Positions 46,127-54,708 of a stretch of DNA of 64,000 nucleotides are shown in pieces. The stretch is from the NCBI GenBank assembly GCA_963783435.1, contig CAWANQ010000002.1, positions 329,044-393,043 on the forward strand. Direction: 5' to 3'. The stretch's first letter is position 1. Each line of letters starts with the position of its first letter. The notes under the pieces are model-generated. The model was not told where the DNA came from, did no database searches, and saw only the letters and a list, made by a program, of their open reading frames with translations. Made by a program: the position numbers and the translations under genes. The DNA comes from an uncultured Bacteroidota bacterium (lineage in GTDB: Bacteria > Bacteroidota > Bacteroidia > Bacteroidales > GCA-2748055).

Positions 46127-47359
46127 ATGAAAAGACCTCTAATTCAACTGCTCGCCCTGATCACTTCAATTCTGACAGGATGGTTCCTGGTGGACTTTCT
46201 CACCGTCCATCCCCTTAAAATGACCGCCTATGCTTCATTCACACTGATTGGAGTGGTGGTCCTGATTGGGTTGATATATGCACTTAAAAAGAAGCGCTGC
46301 AGATGGGTGGCCATACTTGTGTCTCTCATCGGTTTCATTGGCGGATATTCTGTCAACACCAAAAAATTTCTGGCCCGGGAGGATCCCCGTTTTGTACCCG
46401 AACTTACGCGCCAAGCCGGCGATGAAGGGAAGGGCCATACTGCCGTGGTTTATTTCACTCATGGCGAACCAGAAACCTATGATCCCATCGGATGGATCAA
46501 TCAGTTCAGGGAATTCGATGAACAGGGCATCAAATTCGTGCCATTTGTAGCCAGGCCCATATTCGCATATATGCTCAGGAACAGATACCTTGTAATCGGC
46601 AAGAGCAACCACCGCCAGGTTCATCACGAGATGTTTCATTCCCTTGAGAATACCTATCGCTTGGAAGGAGACTCAATAACTCAGTTTTATATCTGCTTCC
46701 TGGATGATGAACCCCGTCCCGATGCAGCTGTGATTGAAGCACTCAATGAAGGGGCTGATACCATTATTGTGGTGGATGTCTTCCTAACAATTTCCAACCA
46801 TACAGCGGAAGGACAACATCTTATTGAGGAGCTTGAAGTGGAAGAAAAACTTGGAATTCCGGTCATTTATACCGAGCCCCTGTGGAGTTCCGAAAAGCTT
46901 CGGTCCGTTTTCCTTGAGAAGGTGTATGCAAGATTAGGCTCTACTCCAAAAGAAGAAACGGCCGTTGCCCTTGTGGGACATGGCCAACCCGATGAATGGG
47001 ATGTGGAATGGGCCACAGAAACAGAACAGGAAATGGCTTTCCGGGAGGAAATTATGAATTTGTTTGTGGAGGATGGATTCAGGCGGGAAAACCTTGGTTC
47101 TGCCTGGATGTCATTTAAGGATCCTAAACCGGCATCCTTAATGTCTGATTTTGTGAATAACGGAGCCACGAAGATCTTCTATTTTTCCGCTGCCATCTCG
47201 GCTGATGCCATGCACAGCCAGATCGACGTTCCCAGGCTGGTAGAAGAATACGATTATCCGCAAGGGGTTGAGACCATCAACCTGGGTGCCTGGAACAATC
47301 ACCCTACTGTTATTGCAGCCATCCGGGAACGCATTGATGAAACCATGGATGCACTTTGA
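46127..47359 (+). CDS. Membrane-anchored ferrochelatase-like (class II chelatase fold) protein
   Basis: 410-aa ORF with three N-terminal TM helices. Two chelatase-like halves follow, with VVYFTHGEPETYD and VALVGHGQPDEWD. The overall spacing resembles HemH, but the usual acidic active-site segment is altered (SADAMHSQID). Confidence 0.5.
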   Translation: MKRPLIQLLALITSILTGWFLVDFLTVHPLKMTAYASFTLIGVVVLIGLIYALKKKRCRWVAILVSLIGFIGGYSVNTKKFLAREDPRFVPELTRQAGDEGKGHTAVVYFTHGEPETYDPIGWINQFREFDEQGIKFVPFVARPIFAYMLRNRYLVIGKSNHRQVHHEMFHSLENTYRLEGDSITQFYICFLDDEPRPDAAVIEALNEGADTIIVVDVFLTISNHTAEGQHLIEELEVEEKLGIPVIYTEPLWSSEKLRSVFLEKVYARLGSTPKEETAVALVGHGQPDEWDVEWATETEQEMAFREEIMNLFVEDGFRRENLGSAWMSFKDPKPASLMSDFVNNGATKIFYFSAAISADAMHSQIDVPRLVEEYDYPQGVETINLGAWNNHPTVIAAIRERIDETMDAL

Positions 47360-49677
47360 AAGTGATTCATCATATCAGTAACGCTGGCAGTAAAAGAAGC
47401 ATAGGCAATAAGGCTGCATCCCTCCAGAAAATGCGTAAACTTGGTTTCCCTGTGCCGGAAACCTATGTGATTCCCATGAAAGTAAGGGAATCTTTCTCCA
47501 TTGAAAAAGAAAAAGTCAGGGCACAGATACGAAGAGAGATCCAACCCCTGGCTGAAAAAGACACATCCTGGGCAATCCGATCCTCCGGTGCACTGGAAGA
47601 TCACCAAAACCATTCCTTTGCAGGGCAATTTGTTACCATTCTGGATGTTAAGGGGACCAATGACATGCTTAATTCCATAGAAAAAGTATGGGACTCGGGC
47701 AATAAGGTCCGGGAAGACCTTTACAAGATAGCGTCTTCGGTAGCCATTAAACCAATGGGGATGTCAGTGATCATCCAGGAAATGGTTCAATCTGTCTGGT
47801 CGGGGGTGGCTTTCAGTATCAACCCGGTCACAGGCAGGAATGAGTTTGTAATCGAGGCTGTGAAGGGCTGTGGCGCACAACTTGTACAGGATGGGGCGAA
47901 ACCCTTTCGCTATATCTGGCATCAGGATACCTGGGACTGCGATACCGAACCGGAAGAAGATTTTAAAGAGGTGCTGGATAAGCTGGTAGATGGAATAAAG
48001 AAATTGCATAAGGCTTATGGTGGAGCCGTTGATATTGAATGGGCCTTTGACGGGAAAAATTTGTATTACCTCCAATGCCGCGAAGTGAAAGTCAGCGAGT
48101 TTCCAACCATTTATTCCAATCATATTTCTCGTGAGGTTCTTCCGGGAATGATCAAACCATTGGTCTGGTCTGTAAACATCCCCCTGGTGAACAGTGCATG
48201 GATTCGACTGCTTGAGGGCGTGCTGGGGAGGTTGAATATTGAACCGGAACAACTGAGCAAGTCATTTTACTACCGTGCCTATTTCAATATGGGAACCCTG
48301 GGAGCATTGTTCACACGCCTGGGACTCCCAAATGACAGCCTGGAGAGTCTCATGGGACGCAAAAATCCCTCCGGGAAAAGCAGCTTTAGACCAAGCCTTA
48401 AAACCATCCGGTATCTGCCTCACATGCTTTTATTCGGGCTGTCCATGTTATTCCTGGAAAGAAAGTTCAAAAAAGAATATGCCCGGATCTCTGCCCGCAC
48501 AGATCAACTCAACAAAAAAATAAAAAAAATAACGGCAGGGGAATATTATAGCTGCTTCAAAGAAATAAGCAGCATTGCTTCTGCTGCTGCCTTTTACAAC
48601 ATCATCATCCCACTTTCATTCCAGATCAGCAACCGGATATTGCAGAATAAGTTGAAAAAATGCAGGATTCCTTTTGAAAACCTGGATTTCGTAAAGGATT
48701 ACCCTGAGCTTTTAGCCTATGATCCCAATGAACACTTGTCAAGCCTGAAGCAGCAATGGGTCTCACTCCCGGCGGAGATCCGCGATTCCATTAAAGATAT
48801 AGATACCCTCAGGTCCTCCAATGCTGATCCTTTGCTGAAGGACATTAATGATAATTTCGGGAAATTAATTACTCAGTTCGGACATTTCAGTGAAAGCGGA
48901 AATGATTTTTCTTGTACACCCTGGCGTGAAGATCCTGACTTCGTCTTCAGCCTGGTGCGCCAGCACTATAGCGGTCATGCTTCCAGAGAACAGTCAGTGA
49001 ATCTTACCTCGGGATCGAAAGGAATACCGAGAAGAGCATATCGAAGGGCCGGCCGTTTCCGTCTTTACCGGGAGATGATCAGCTCAGAATATACAAGAAG
49101 CTATGGCCTGTTCAGGGAACTATTCATGATCACGGGTAAATCCTTCAAGGAAAAAGGTTGGTTGAAAGATCCATCAGATGTTTTCTATCTGACCCTGGAC
49201 CAGCACAAACAGCTAATTGATGGCATCAATCCAGATGAAGCAGGGCACCTCAGACAAGAGGTGGATGAAGTAAAAAAGGAGATGGAGGAGTACAGGGATG
49301 TGATCCTTCCTTCATTGATTTATGGGGATACCCCTCCCCCCCTGCCCAGGAAAGATGTAGAAATGCTTGAAGGCATTCCCACATCACCCGGGATATTTGA
49401 GGATGAGCTGGTGGTAGTAAGGGGATATGAAGACTTTGGCAAGAATGTGGAAGGAAAGATCCTGGTGATCCCCTACTCTGATGTAGGCTGGACCCCCTTG
49501 CTGGTTCGGGCCGGAGCCATTGTATGCGAATCCGGTGGGATGTTGTCCCATGCTTCCATCATTGCCCGGGAACTCTCTATTCCTGCCATTTCTTCAGTGG
49601 ACCATGCTTGTAATCTTAAGGACGGAACCAAAGCCAGGATCGATGGTTATAATGGATTATTAATCATAAATACTTAA
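47356..49677 (+). CDS. PEP-utilising-family dikinase-like enzyme (ATP-grasp PPDK_N domain + phosphohistidine swivel domain, no TIM-barrel)
   Basis: 773-aa ORF. The N-terminal strings are GNKAASLQKMRKLGFPVPETYVI and IRSSGALEDHQNHSFAGQF. The C-terminal string is GGMLSHASIIARELSIPAI. The architecture resembles rifampicin-phosphotransferase-type enzymes. Confidence 0.8.
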   Translation: MKVIHHISNAGSKRSIGNKAASLQKMRKLGFPVPETYVIPMKVRESFSIEKEKVRAQIRREIQPLAEKDTSWAIRSSGALEDHQNHSFAGQFVTILDVKGTNDMLNSIEKVWDSGNKVREDLYKIASSVAIKPMGMSVIIQEMVQSVWSGVAFSINPVTGRNEFVIEAVKGCGAQLVQDGAKPFRYIWHQDTWDCDTEPEEDFKEVLDKLVDGIKKLHKAYGGAVDIEWAFDGKNLYYLQCREVKVSEFPTIYSNHISREVLPGMIKPLVWSVNIPLVNSAWIRLLEGVLGRLNIEPEQLSKSFYYRAYFNMGTLGALFTRLGLPNDSLESLMGRKNPSGKSSFRPSLKTIRYLPHMLLFGLSMLFLERKFKKEYARISARTDQLNKKIKKITAGEYYSCFKEISSIASAAAFYNIIIPLSFQISNRILQNKLKKCRIPFENLDFVKDYPELLAYDPNEHLSSLKQQWVSLPAEIRDSIKDIDTLRSSNADPLLKDINDNFGKLITQFGHFSESGNDFSCTPWREDPDFVFSLVRQHYSGHASREQSVNLTSGSKGIPRRAYRRAGRFRLYREMISSEYTRSYGLFRELFMITGKSFKEKGWLKDPSDVFYLTLDQHKQLIDGINPDEAGHLRQEVDEVKKEMEEYRDVILPSLIYGDTPPPLPRKDVEMLEGIPTSPGIFEDELVVVRGYEDFGKNVEGKILVIPYSDVGWTPLLVRAGAIVCESGGMLSHASIIARELSIPAISSVDHACNLKDGTKARIDGYNGLLIINT

Positions 49678-49681
49678 AACA

Positions 49682-50440
49682 ATGGAATCGATTATCCAAC
49701 TCATATGGCCGATGTATATAGCAGCCGGACTTATAGGTTATCTGTTGGGTTCCCTATCTTTTGCCAGGATAATTACCCTCCTCGTTACTAAATCAAGCCA
49801 TGTTGAGAAACTGAAGCAGAAAGTACCTGGGACTGACCAATTTTTGGAGGCTAATTCAATATCAGCTACGACAGTGGGTGTAAATCTTGGGAAAAAATAT
49901 GGTTGTCTGACGTCTCTACTCGACATGCTTAAGATCATTTTGCCAACCATAATTCTAAAATATTATTTCCCAGATCAACCCTACTATCTGTTGACAGCAC
50001 TGACCGGGATCTTGGGACATGATTATCCTATCTACCACCGTTTCAGGGGCGGAGGAGGAGAATCACTCATCCTTGGTGCCCTTTTGGTAATTAACTGGTT
50101 TGGCGTTTTAATCGCCAGCGCAGCTGCTATGCTATTGGGGTATATTGTCGGCAGGGTACTATTCATGCGATATGGGATGTATGTTTTGATGATTTTCTGG
50201 TATTGGATCTATTTTCAAGACATATATTATGTGTCATTTATGATCTTGGCCAATCTCATTTTGTGGACTTCGATGATTAACACTTGGATCAGGTCTGGAG
50301 CAAAACTAAAGGAACATAATATAAAACTCAAAGAAGAAGACGTATCTGAATTATTTTTGATGGGCAAAGGTATCGGGCGTTTTATTGACAATTACGGTCT
50401 CCCTGCTATAATTAAAAAAATATTTAAGGGTAACTCTTAG
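49682..50440 (+). CDS. Divergent PlsY-family (acyl-phosphate:glycerol-3-phosphate acyltransferase-like) membrane protein
   Basis: 252-aa ORF. It has GYLLGSLSFARI, LLDMLKIILP and ILGHDYPIYHRFRGGGGESL, which match PlsY motifs 2 and 3. Motif 1 (GSGNxGATN) is degenerate (ANSISATT). Confidence 0.6.
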   Translation: MESIIQLIWPMYIAAGLIGYLLGSLSFARIITLLVTKSSHVEKLKQKVPGTDQFLEANSISATTVGVNLGKKYGCLTSLLDMLKIILPTIILKYYFPDQPYYLLTALTGILGHDYPIYHRFRGGGGESLILGALLVINWFGVLIASAAAMLLGYIVGRVLFMRYGMYVLMIFWYWIYFQDIYYVSFMILANLILWTSMINTWIRSGAKLKEHNIKLKEEDVSELFLMGKGIGRFIDNYGLPAIIKKIFKGNS

Positions 50441-50449
50441 AATTGACTC

Positions 50450-50471
50450 TCCCCGCAGCAAGCTGCGGGGA
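50450..50471 (+). terminator. GC-rich hairpin 10 nt after the plsY-like stop (possible terminator, no U-tract)
   Basis: CCCCGCAG (50451-58) pairs with CTGCGGGG (50463-70). Confidence 0.4.
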
Positions 50472-50852
50472 ATCATCGATTAATATATTATTTTATTTGT
50501 GCTCGCTAACCCCGAAGTAGAACTTCGGGGAACCGAGTTTACGAGCTCAGCGGAGCTAATGCGCGAGCGTAATTCAAACCTCAACATTTCTAAGATTAAA
50601 TAGCTGCTTCGTTTTTGTGTGGATGAAATGGGAAAGGAGATCATTGAAGAAGAATATATCACCTTTGCTTTTCGCGATAAGGACACGGCCTTTATTGTAA
50701 ATAATAGACTGCAAAGATCCTATATTCATCCTGGTTCATGACTAATCCCCGACAGAAAGTTCATAGCTTTTAAACTATCATTTTTCAACTTTTATACTGA
50801 TTGTGCCGGAGATAAGCCTGGCGGCTCCAGAAATATACTGCATATTTTTTAT

Positions 50853-50870
50853 AATGAGAATATTCTCATT
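50853..50870. promoter_or_regulatory. Perfect 18-bp palindrome AATGAGAATATTCTCATT (candidate operator) abutting a -7 box
   Basis: The sequence is self-complementary over 18/18 positions. It is immediately followed by TACCTTTG (50870-50877, TAnnTTTG), about 80 nt upstream of the first NifX-like gene. Confidence 0.45.
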
Positions 50871-50957
50871 ACCTTTGTGGGGTAATTAGGCACATGCAAA
50901 GAAGAAAACTGGCAAACGCACTTCTAGAAACAAGGGAAATCAATAAAAAACTAAATA

Positions 50958-51275
50958 ATGAAAACTGTAATTACATCCAAAGGAAATAATACGAAAGCCA
51001 AGTTTGATCCCAGGTTCGGCCGGGCTGGCTGGTTTTGCTTAATTGATAATGAATCTGGTAAACCCACTTTCATTGAGAATGATCAGGCTGAAGCAACAGG
51101 AGGGGCAGGAGTCAAAGTAGCTGAAAAGATGGTTGAAATTGGCGTTAAAAAAGTGATTTCTGGCGATTTTGGACCCAAAGCCAAAGACTTGCTTGACAAA
51201 TTCAATATTCAAATGGTAATTATTTCAGATGACCAACAATCAATCAAAGAGATAGTTTCAAGAATTAAAAATTAA
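50958..51275 (+). CDS. NifX/NifB-C-terminal-like (Nitro_FeMo-Co domain, MTH1175-like) protein
   Basis: 105-aa ORF with FDPRFGRAGWFCLID...GGAGVKVAEKMVEIGVKKVISGDFGPKA. Confidence 0.8.
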   Translation: MKTVITSKGNNTKAKFDPRFGRAGWFCLIDNESGKPTFIENDQAEATGGAGVKVAEKMVEIGVKKVISGDFGPKAKDLLDKFNIQMVIISDDQQSIKEIVSRIKN

Positions 51276-51289
51276 AAACGGAGGTTATT

Positions 51290-51505
51290 ATGCCAGGATT
51301 AGACAGAACAGGACCTGAAGGTAGAGGTTCACGCACCGGAAGGGGATTTGGAAATTGCAATCCAGACTCCCAGAGCAATGAAAAGGATAACACTTCCCAG
51401 GATGTCCAGGATGACAGGGGATTCAAAAGGGGATTTGGGAGAGGAAAGGCTCAAGGCAGAAACAGATTCAGAGGGGGTGGACGCGGATTGGGAAGAAACC
51501 GTTAA
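51290..51505 (+). CDS. DUF5320-like small Gly/Arg-rich protein
   Basis: 71-aa ORF starting MPGLDRTGPEGRGSRTGRGFGNC, the typical N-terminus of this family. Confidence 0.62.
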   Translation: MPGLDRTGPEGRGSRTGRGFGNCNPDSQSNEKDNTSQDVQDDRGFKRGFGRGKAQGRNRFRGGGRGLGRNR

Positions 51506-51562
51506 TGAAGTTTAGGGCTGATACTATTCTATTTAGTTAAATCAATTATTAACTGTTAACAT

Positions 51563-51901
51563 ATGAAGAAATTAATTGCAGTACCATCCAGCAATGGAAT
51601 GCTGGATGAACATTTTGGCCATTGTCGTCAGTTTGTACTTTTATCGGTTGAAGACGACAAAATTGTATCAGAATCTATAATCGATGCCCCGCCACACGAA
51701 CCTGGTTTATTGCCAAAATTTCTGGCTGAAAAAGGAGTTACAGATGTAATTGCAGGTGGTATGGGTAACAGGGCCATTCAACTGTTTAACCAACAACAGG
51801 TGAATGTATTCGTGGGCGCCCCAAAACAAGCTCCGAAAGAAATTACAATTGGATTTCTGAACGGAAGTCTGGAATTTGCGGCCAATTATTGTGACCACTA
51901 A
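51563..51901 (+). CDS. NifX/NifB-C-terminal-like (Nitro_FeMo-Co domain) protein
   Basis: 112-aa ORF with HFGHCRQFVLLSVED...KGVTDVIAGGMGNRAIQLF. Confidence 0.8.
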   Translation: MKKLIAVPSSNGMLDEHFGHCRQFVLLSVEDDKIVSESIIDAPPHEPGLLPKFLAEKGVTDVIAGGMGNRAIQLFNQQQVNVFVGAPKQAPKEITIGFLNGSLEFAANYCDH

Positions 51902-51921
51902 AGAAGCACGTAAGGATACAA

Positions 51922-52815
51922 CTGAAACTGGCAATTGCCAGTGGAAAGGGAGGAACTGGAAAGACGACCGTGGCTGTCAATCTTTTTCATTTCTTATCGA
52001 AACACTACTCCCTTAAAACACAGTTGGTCGATTGTGACGTGGAGGAACCCAATGACCTGCTGTTTCTTCATAACTATAAATTGGATTCGGAGGACATTGC
52101 CACACAACTGATCCCTGTCATAGACAATGACAAGTGTAGCTATTGCAGGAAATGTGTCAGTTATTGTGAGTTCAATGCCATCGTAGTGATCCCTCCTGTT
52201 GCCTTTGCTGAAGTCAACCCAAGCCTTTGTCATTCCTGTGGAGCATGTATTGTGGCATGTGAAGATGGAGCAATCTCTGAAAAGCCGGTGGAGATAGGCC
52301 GAATCAGGAGCTATCAAAATGGTCAGGAGGGAGTTCTTACTGAGGGCAGGTTAAAAATCGGTTCTGCCATGCAGACCATGCTAATCAAAGATACAAAACA
52401 GCACGCCCGTGAGGATATGGATGTGATAATTTTTGATGCTCCACCAGGAACCAGCTGTCCTGTTGTAGAGACAGTGGCTGATGCAGATTATGTGATCCTG
52501 GTAACCGAACCTACGCCTTTTGGTTTGTATGATCTTAAACTTACCGTTGAGATGCTGAGAGAAATTCGGAAGCCCTTCGGTGTGATTGTCAATAAAGCAG
52601 GAATAGGCGATCAAAAAGTCCAGGATTTTCTTTCAGAGCAGAAAATTGAATTGCTGGGTGAGATTCCATACAGCAAGACATATGCTTCAAAGTATGCCAC
52701 AGGTGACATATTAAACAATATCAGCATGGATACTGAAATACAGTACAAATCAATTATTAGGAAACTGATGGCCCGATATACACGAGATGAAGGAGATTAC
52801 AATTTTAAGCGGTAA
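51922..52815 (+). CDS. MinD/ParA-type P-loop ATPase with inserted 2x[4Fe-4S] ferredoxin domain (apparent CTG start)
   Basis: The track ORF starts at GTG 51970, but the Walker A (KLAIASGKGGTGKTTVAV) is encoded in-frame upstream, where the frame is open from 51895. The only start giving the canonical MKLAIASGKGG N-terminus is CTG at 51922. The cluster motifs are CSYCRKCVSYC and CHSCGACIVAC. Confidence 0.7.
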   Translation: MKLAIASGKGGTGKTTVAVNLFHFLSKHYSLKTQLVDCDVEEPNDLLFLHNYKLDSEDIATQLIPVIDNDKCSYCRKCVSYCEFNAIVVIPPVAFAEVNPSLCHSCGACIVACEDGAISEKPVEIGRIRSYQNGQEGVLTEGRLKIGSAMQTMLIKDTKQHAREDMDVIIFDAPPGTSCPVVETVADADYVILVTEPTPFGLYDLKLTVEMLREIRKPFGVIVNKAGIGDQKVQDFLSEQKIELLGEIPYSKTYASKYATGDILNNISMDTEIQYKSIIRKLMARYTRDEGDYNFKR

Positions 52816-53662
52816 GGGAGGCACCGGAAAAACATCCATCACTGCAGCAATTGGGTCCATTGCCAGTGGTGCTGTTTTCTGTGACAATGATGTGGATGCG
52901 GCCGACCTGCACCTGATCATGAAACCGACGATCAGGGAAGAGCATATTTATACAGGAGCCTGGACGGCATCCATCGATCAAAGCGGCTGTATTGATTGCG
53001 GGATTTGTACTGATCACTGTCGTTTCGATGCAATACACCCCAACAGCCTCGGTAAGCTTGAAATTAATCCATTTAAATGTGAAGGTTGCCGCTTATGTGA
53101 GCGGCTCTGTCCTGTTCAGGCAATCTCATCTGTCCAAAGTACCAACAACAGTTGGTTCGTATCAGATACCCGATTCGGCACATTGGTCCACGCAAAAATG
53201 GGACCAGGTGAAGAAAATTCCGGAAAATTGGTTTCAGTAGTACGTAAGCGGGCCCGGGAACTGGCCATTGAGGGAGATGCCAGATACTTGATAAATGATG
53301 GTCCCCCAGGCATTGGATGTGCAGCCATTTCCTCCCTTTCAGGGACAGACCTGGTCATCATGGTCATTGAATCCACTATATCTGGTTTGCATGATGCCAG
53401 GCGCTTGTATGAGCTTATTCATTCATTTTCCATCCCCACCTATGCCCTGCTAAATAAATTCGATATTAATCCAACAAGTACCGCTGAGATTGAAAGATTC
53501 CTCAAGGATAAATCTATTCCTCTTATTGGAAAAATTCCATTTGACAAACACATGGTCAATGCCATGGTACAAGGAAAAACCATTGTGGAATACAGCGACA
53601 AATTCGAAGCATCCAAAATTATCACTGAGGCGTGGAAAAAACTAGAATCTCACCTTTTGTGA
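52787..53662 (+). CDS. MinD/ParA-type P-loop ATPase with inserted 2x[4Fe-4S] ferredoxin domain
   Basis: 291-aa ORF with MKEITILSGKGGTGKTS, CIDCGICTDHC and CEGCRLCERLC. It overlaps the upstream gene by 29 nt. Confidence 0.82.
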   Translation: MKEITILSGKGGTGKTSITAAIGSIASGAVFCDNDVDAADLHLIMKPTIREEHIYTGAWTASIDQSGCIDCGICTDHCRFDAIHPNSLGKLEINPFKCEGCRLCERLCPVQAISSVQSTNNSWFVSDTRFGTLVHAKMGPGEENSGKLVSVVRKRARELAIEGDARYLINDGPPGIGCAAISSLSGTDLVIMVIESTISGLHDARRLYELIHSFSIPTYALLNKFDINPTSTAEIERFLKDKSIPLIGKIPFDKHMVNAMVQGKTIVEYSDKFEASKIITEAWKKLESHLL

Positions 53663-53709
53663 TCCATAAAGGAATTCTAAACTGGCCATAAAATAATACA
53701 ATCCATAAA

Positions 53710-54363
53710 ATGAAGAGAGAAAGAATTTATCCGGAATCAGGTGTCGAGCTAAGTCCATTTATTTCCAGGAACTATGACCGAATTCTGGCCCTTGCATCTA
53801 TGGGACATTATCCGAAATCCATCATTCGGGCTATTGAGGATATGCAAATCCAAGCCAATGACCACATCCTCGATTTGGGATGTGGAACCGGTTATAATAC
53901 CAGTCTAATGGCCTCCTATTTAAACGGCACTGGAAGTATCCATGGATTGGACATCTCCGATGAGATGGCCCTTCAGTTTCAATCCCGATTTTCTGATAAA
54001 AACCACATCACATTCGAAAATAAACGCATTGATCTTCCCTTTCAGCTGGATAAAAAATTTAACAAAATCTTCATAAGTTTTGTGATCCATGGCTTTCCTC
54101 ATGATATTCGAAATATTGTGATTGAGAACGCATACAAGCATCTTGAAGAAGGAGGTGCATTTTATATCCTGGATTTCGCTGAATTTGATATGAATTCTAT
54201 GCCATTCCACCATCGTGCTATCTTCAAGGCGGTCGAATGCAAATATGCTTTCGATTATATTGGGCGTGACTGGAAAGTTATCTTGAAGGACAAAGGATTT
54301 ACTGAATTCACCGAGCATTTTTATCTGAAAAAGTACATGAGATTACTAAAAGCAGTAAAATAA
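53710..54363 (+). CDS. Class I SAM-dependent methyltransferase
   Basis: 217-aa ORF with motif I (ILDLGCGTGYNT). Confidence 0.8.
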   Translation: MKRERIYPESGVELSPFISRNYDRILALASMGHYPKSIIRAIEDMQIQANDHILDLGCGTGYNTSLMASYLNGTGSIHGLDISDEMALQFQSRFSDKNHITFENKRIDLPFQLDKKFNKIFISFVIHGFPHDIRNIVIENAYKHLEEGGAFYILDFAEFDMNSMPFHHRAIFKAVECKYAFDYIGRDWKVILKDKGFTEFTEHFYLKKYMRLLKAVK

Positions 54364-54708
54364 TACCTGATTGTAAAAACCGGACCAAAAGAGCATAGCA
54401 TTCCGATTGTATGTGGATCGGATTTCAGTACCGAATTCATAATAAATATTGCAATAGACTTTTAGTATTATATTCACTTTTTTATCATTTTTTAATATGC
54501 TTGTGCATATTCTACTTATATGGCCATTGGCAAAGCAAACAGTTATATCTTAACATGGATTGAACAATTACAATCCAGTGGCCAGCTCGCAGCAAAGGAG
54601 TCATCTGCTTCAAAATCAAAGTTGATAAGGTCAGATAATCCAACGGTTGAAGGAATAAGTCATAAATCCACCCTGAATTGTCTATATTTAGTATTCTGAT
54701 CCGGCGCT

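Noticed and set aside
50501-50568. The 68-nt three-way junction might be a tRNA or tRNA-like gene (AGCTCAGCGGAGCT resembles a D-arm).
   Set aside because: There is no T-loop (GTTCRA) and no anticodon arm of proper size. The 'D-loop' would be only 4 nt.
50853-50870. Calling the palindrome a Fur box.
   Set aside because: Only partial resemblance (with its 5' flank it reads ATAATGAGAAT, against GATAATGAT in the consensus), and the symmetry differs (9-0-9 against 9-1-9). I kept it as a generic operator candidate.
51891-51920. TGTGACCACT at the 3' end of the second NifX-like gene, 22 nt before the putative CTG start of the ATPase. It looked like an eighth motif promoter.
   Set aside because: The sequence 11 nt downstream is TAAGGATA, not RGTCTNAA. 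Only the first box matches, and it lies in coding sequence.
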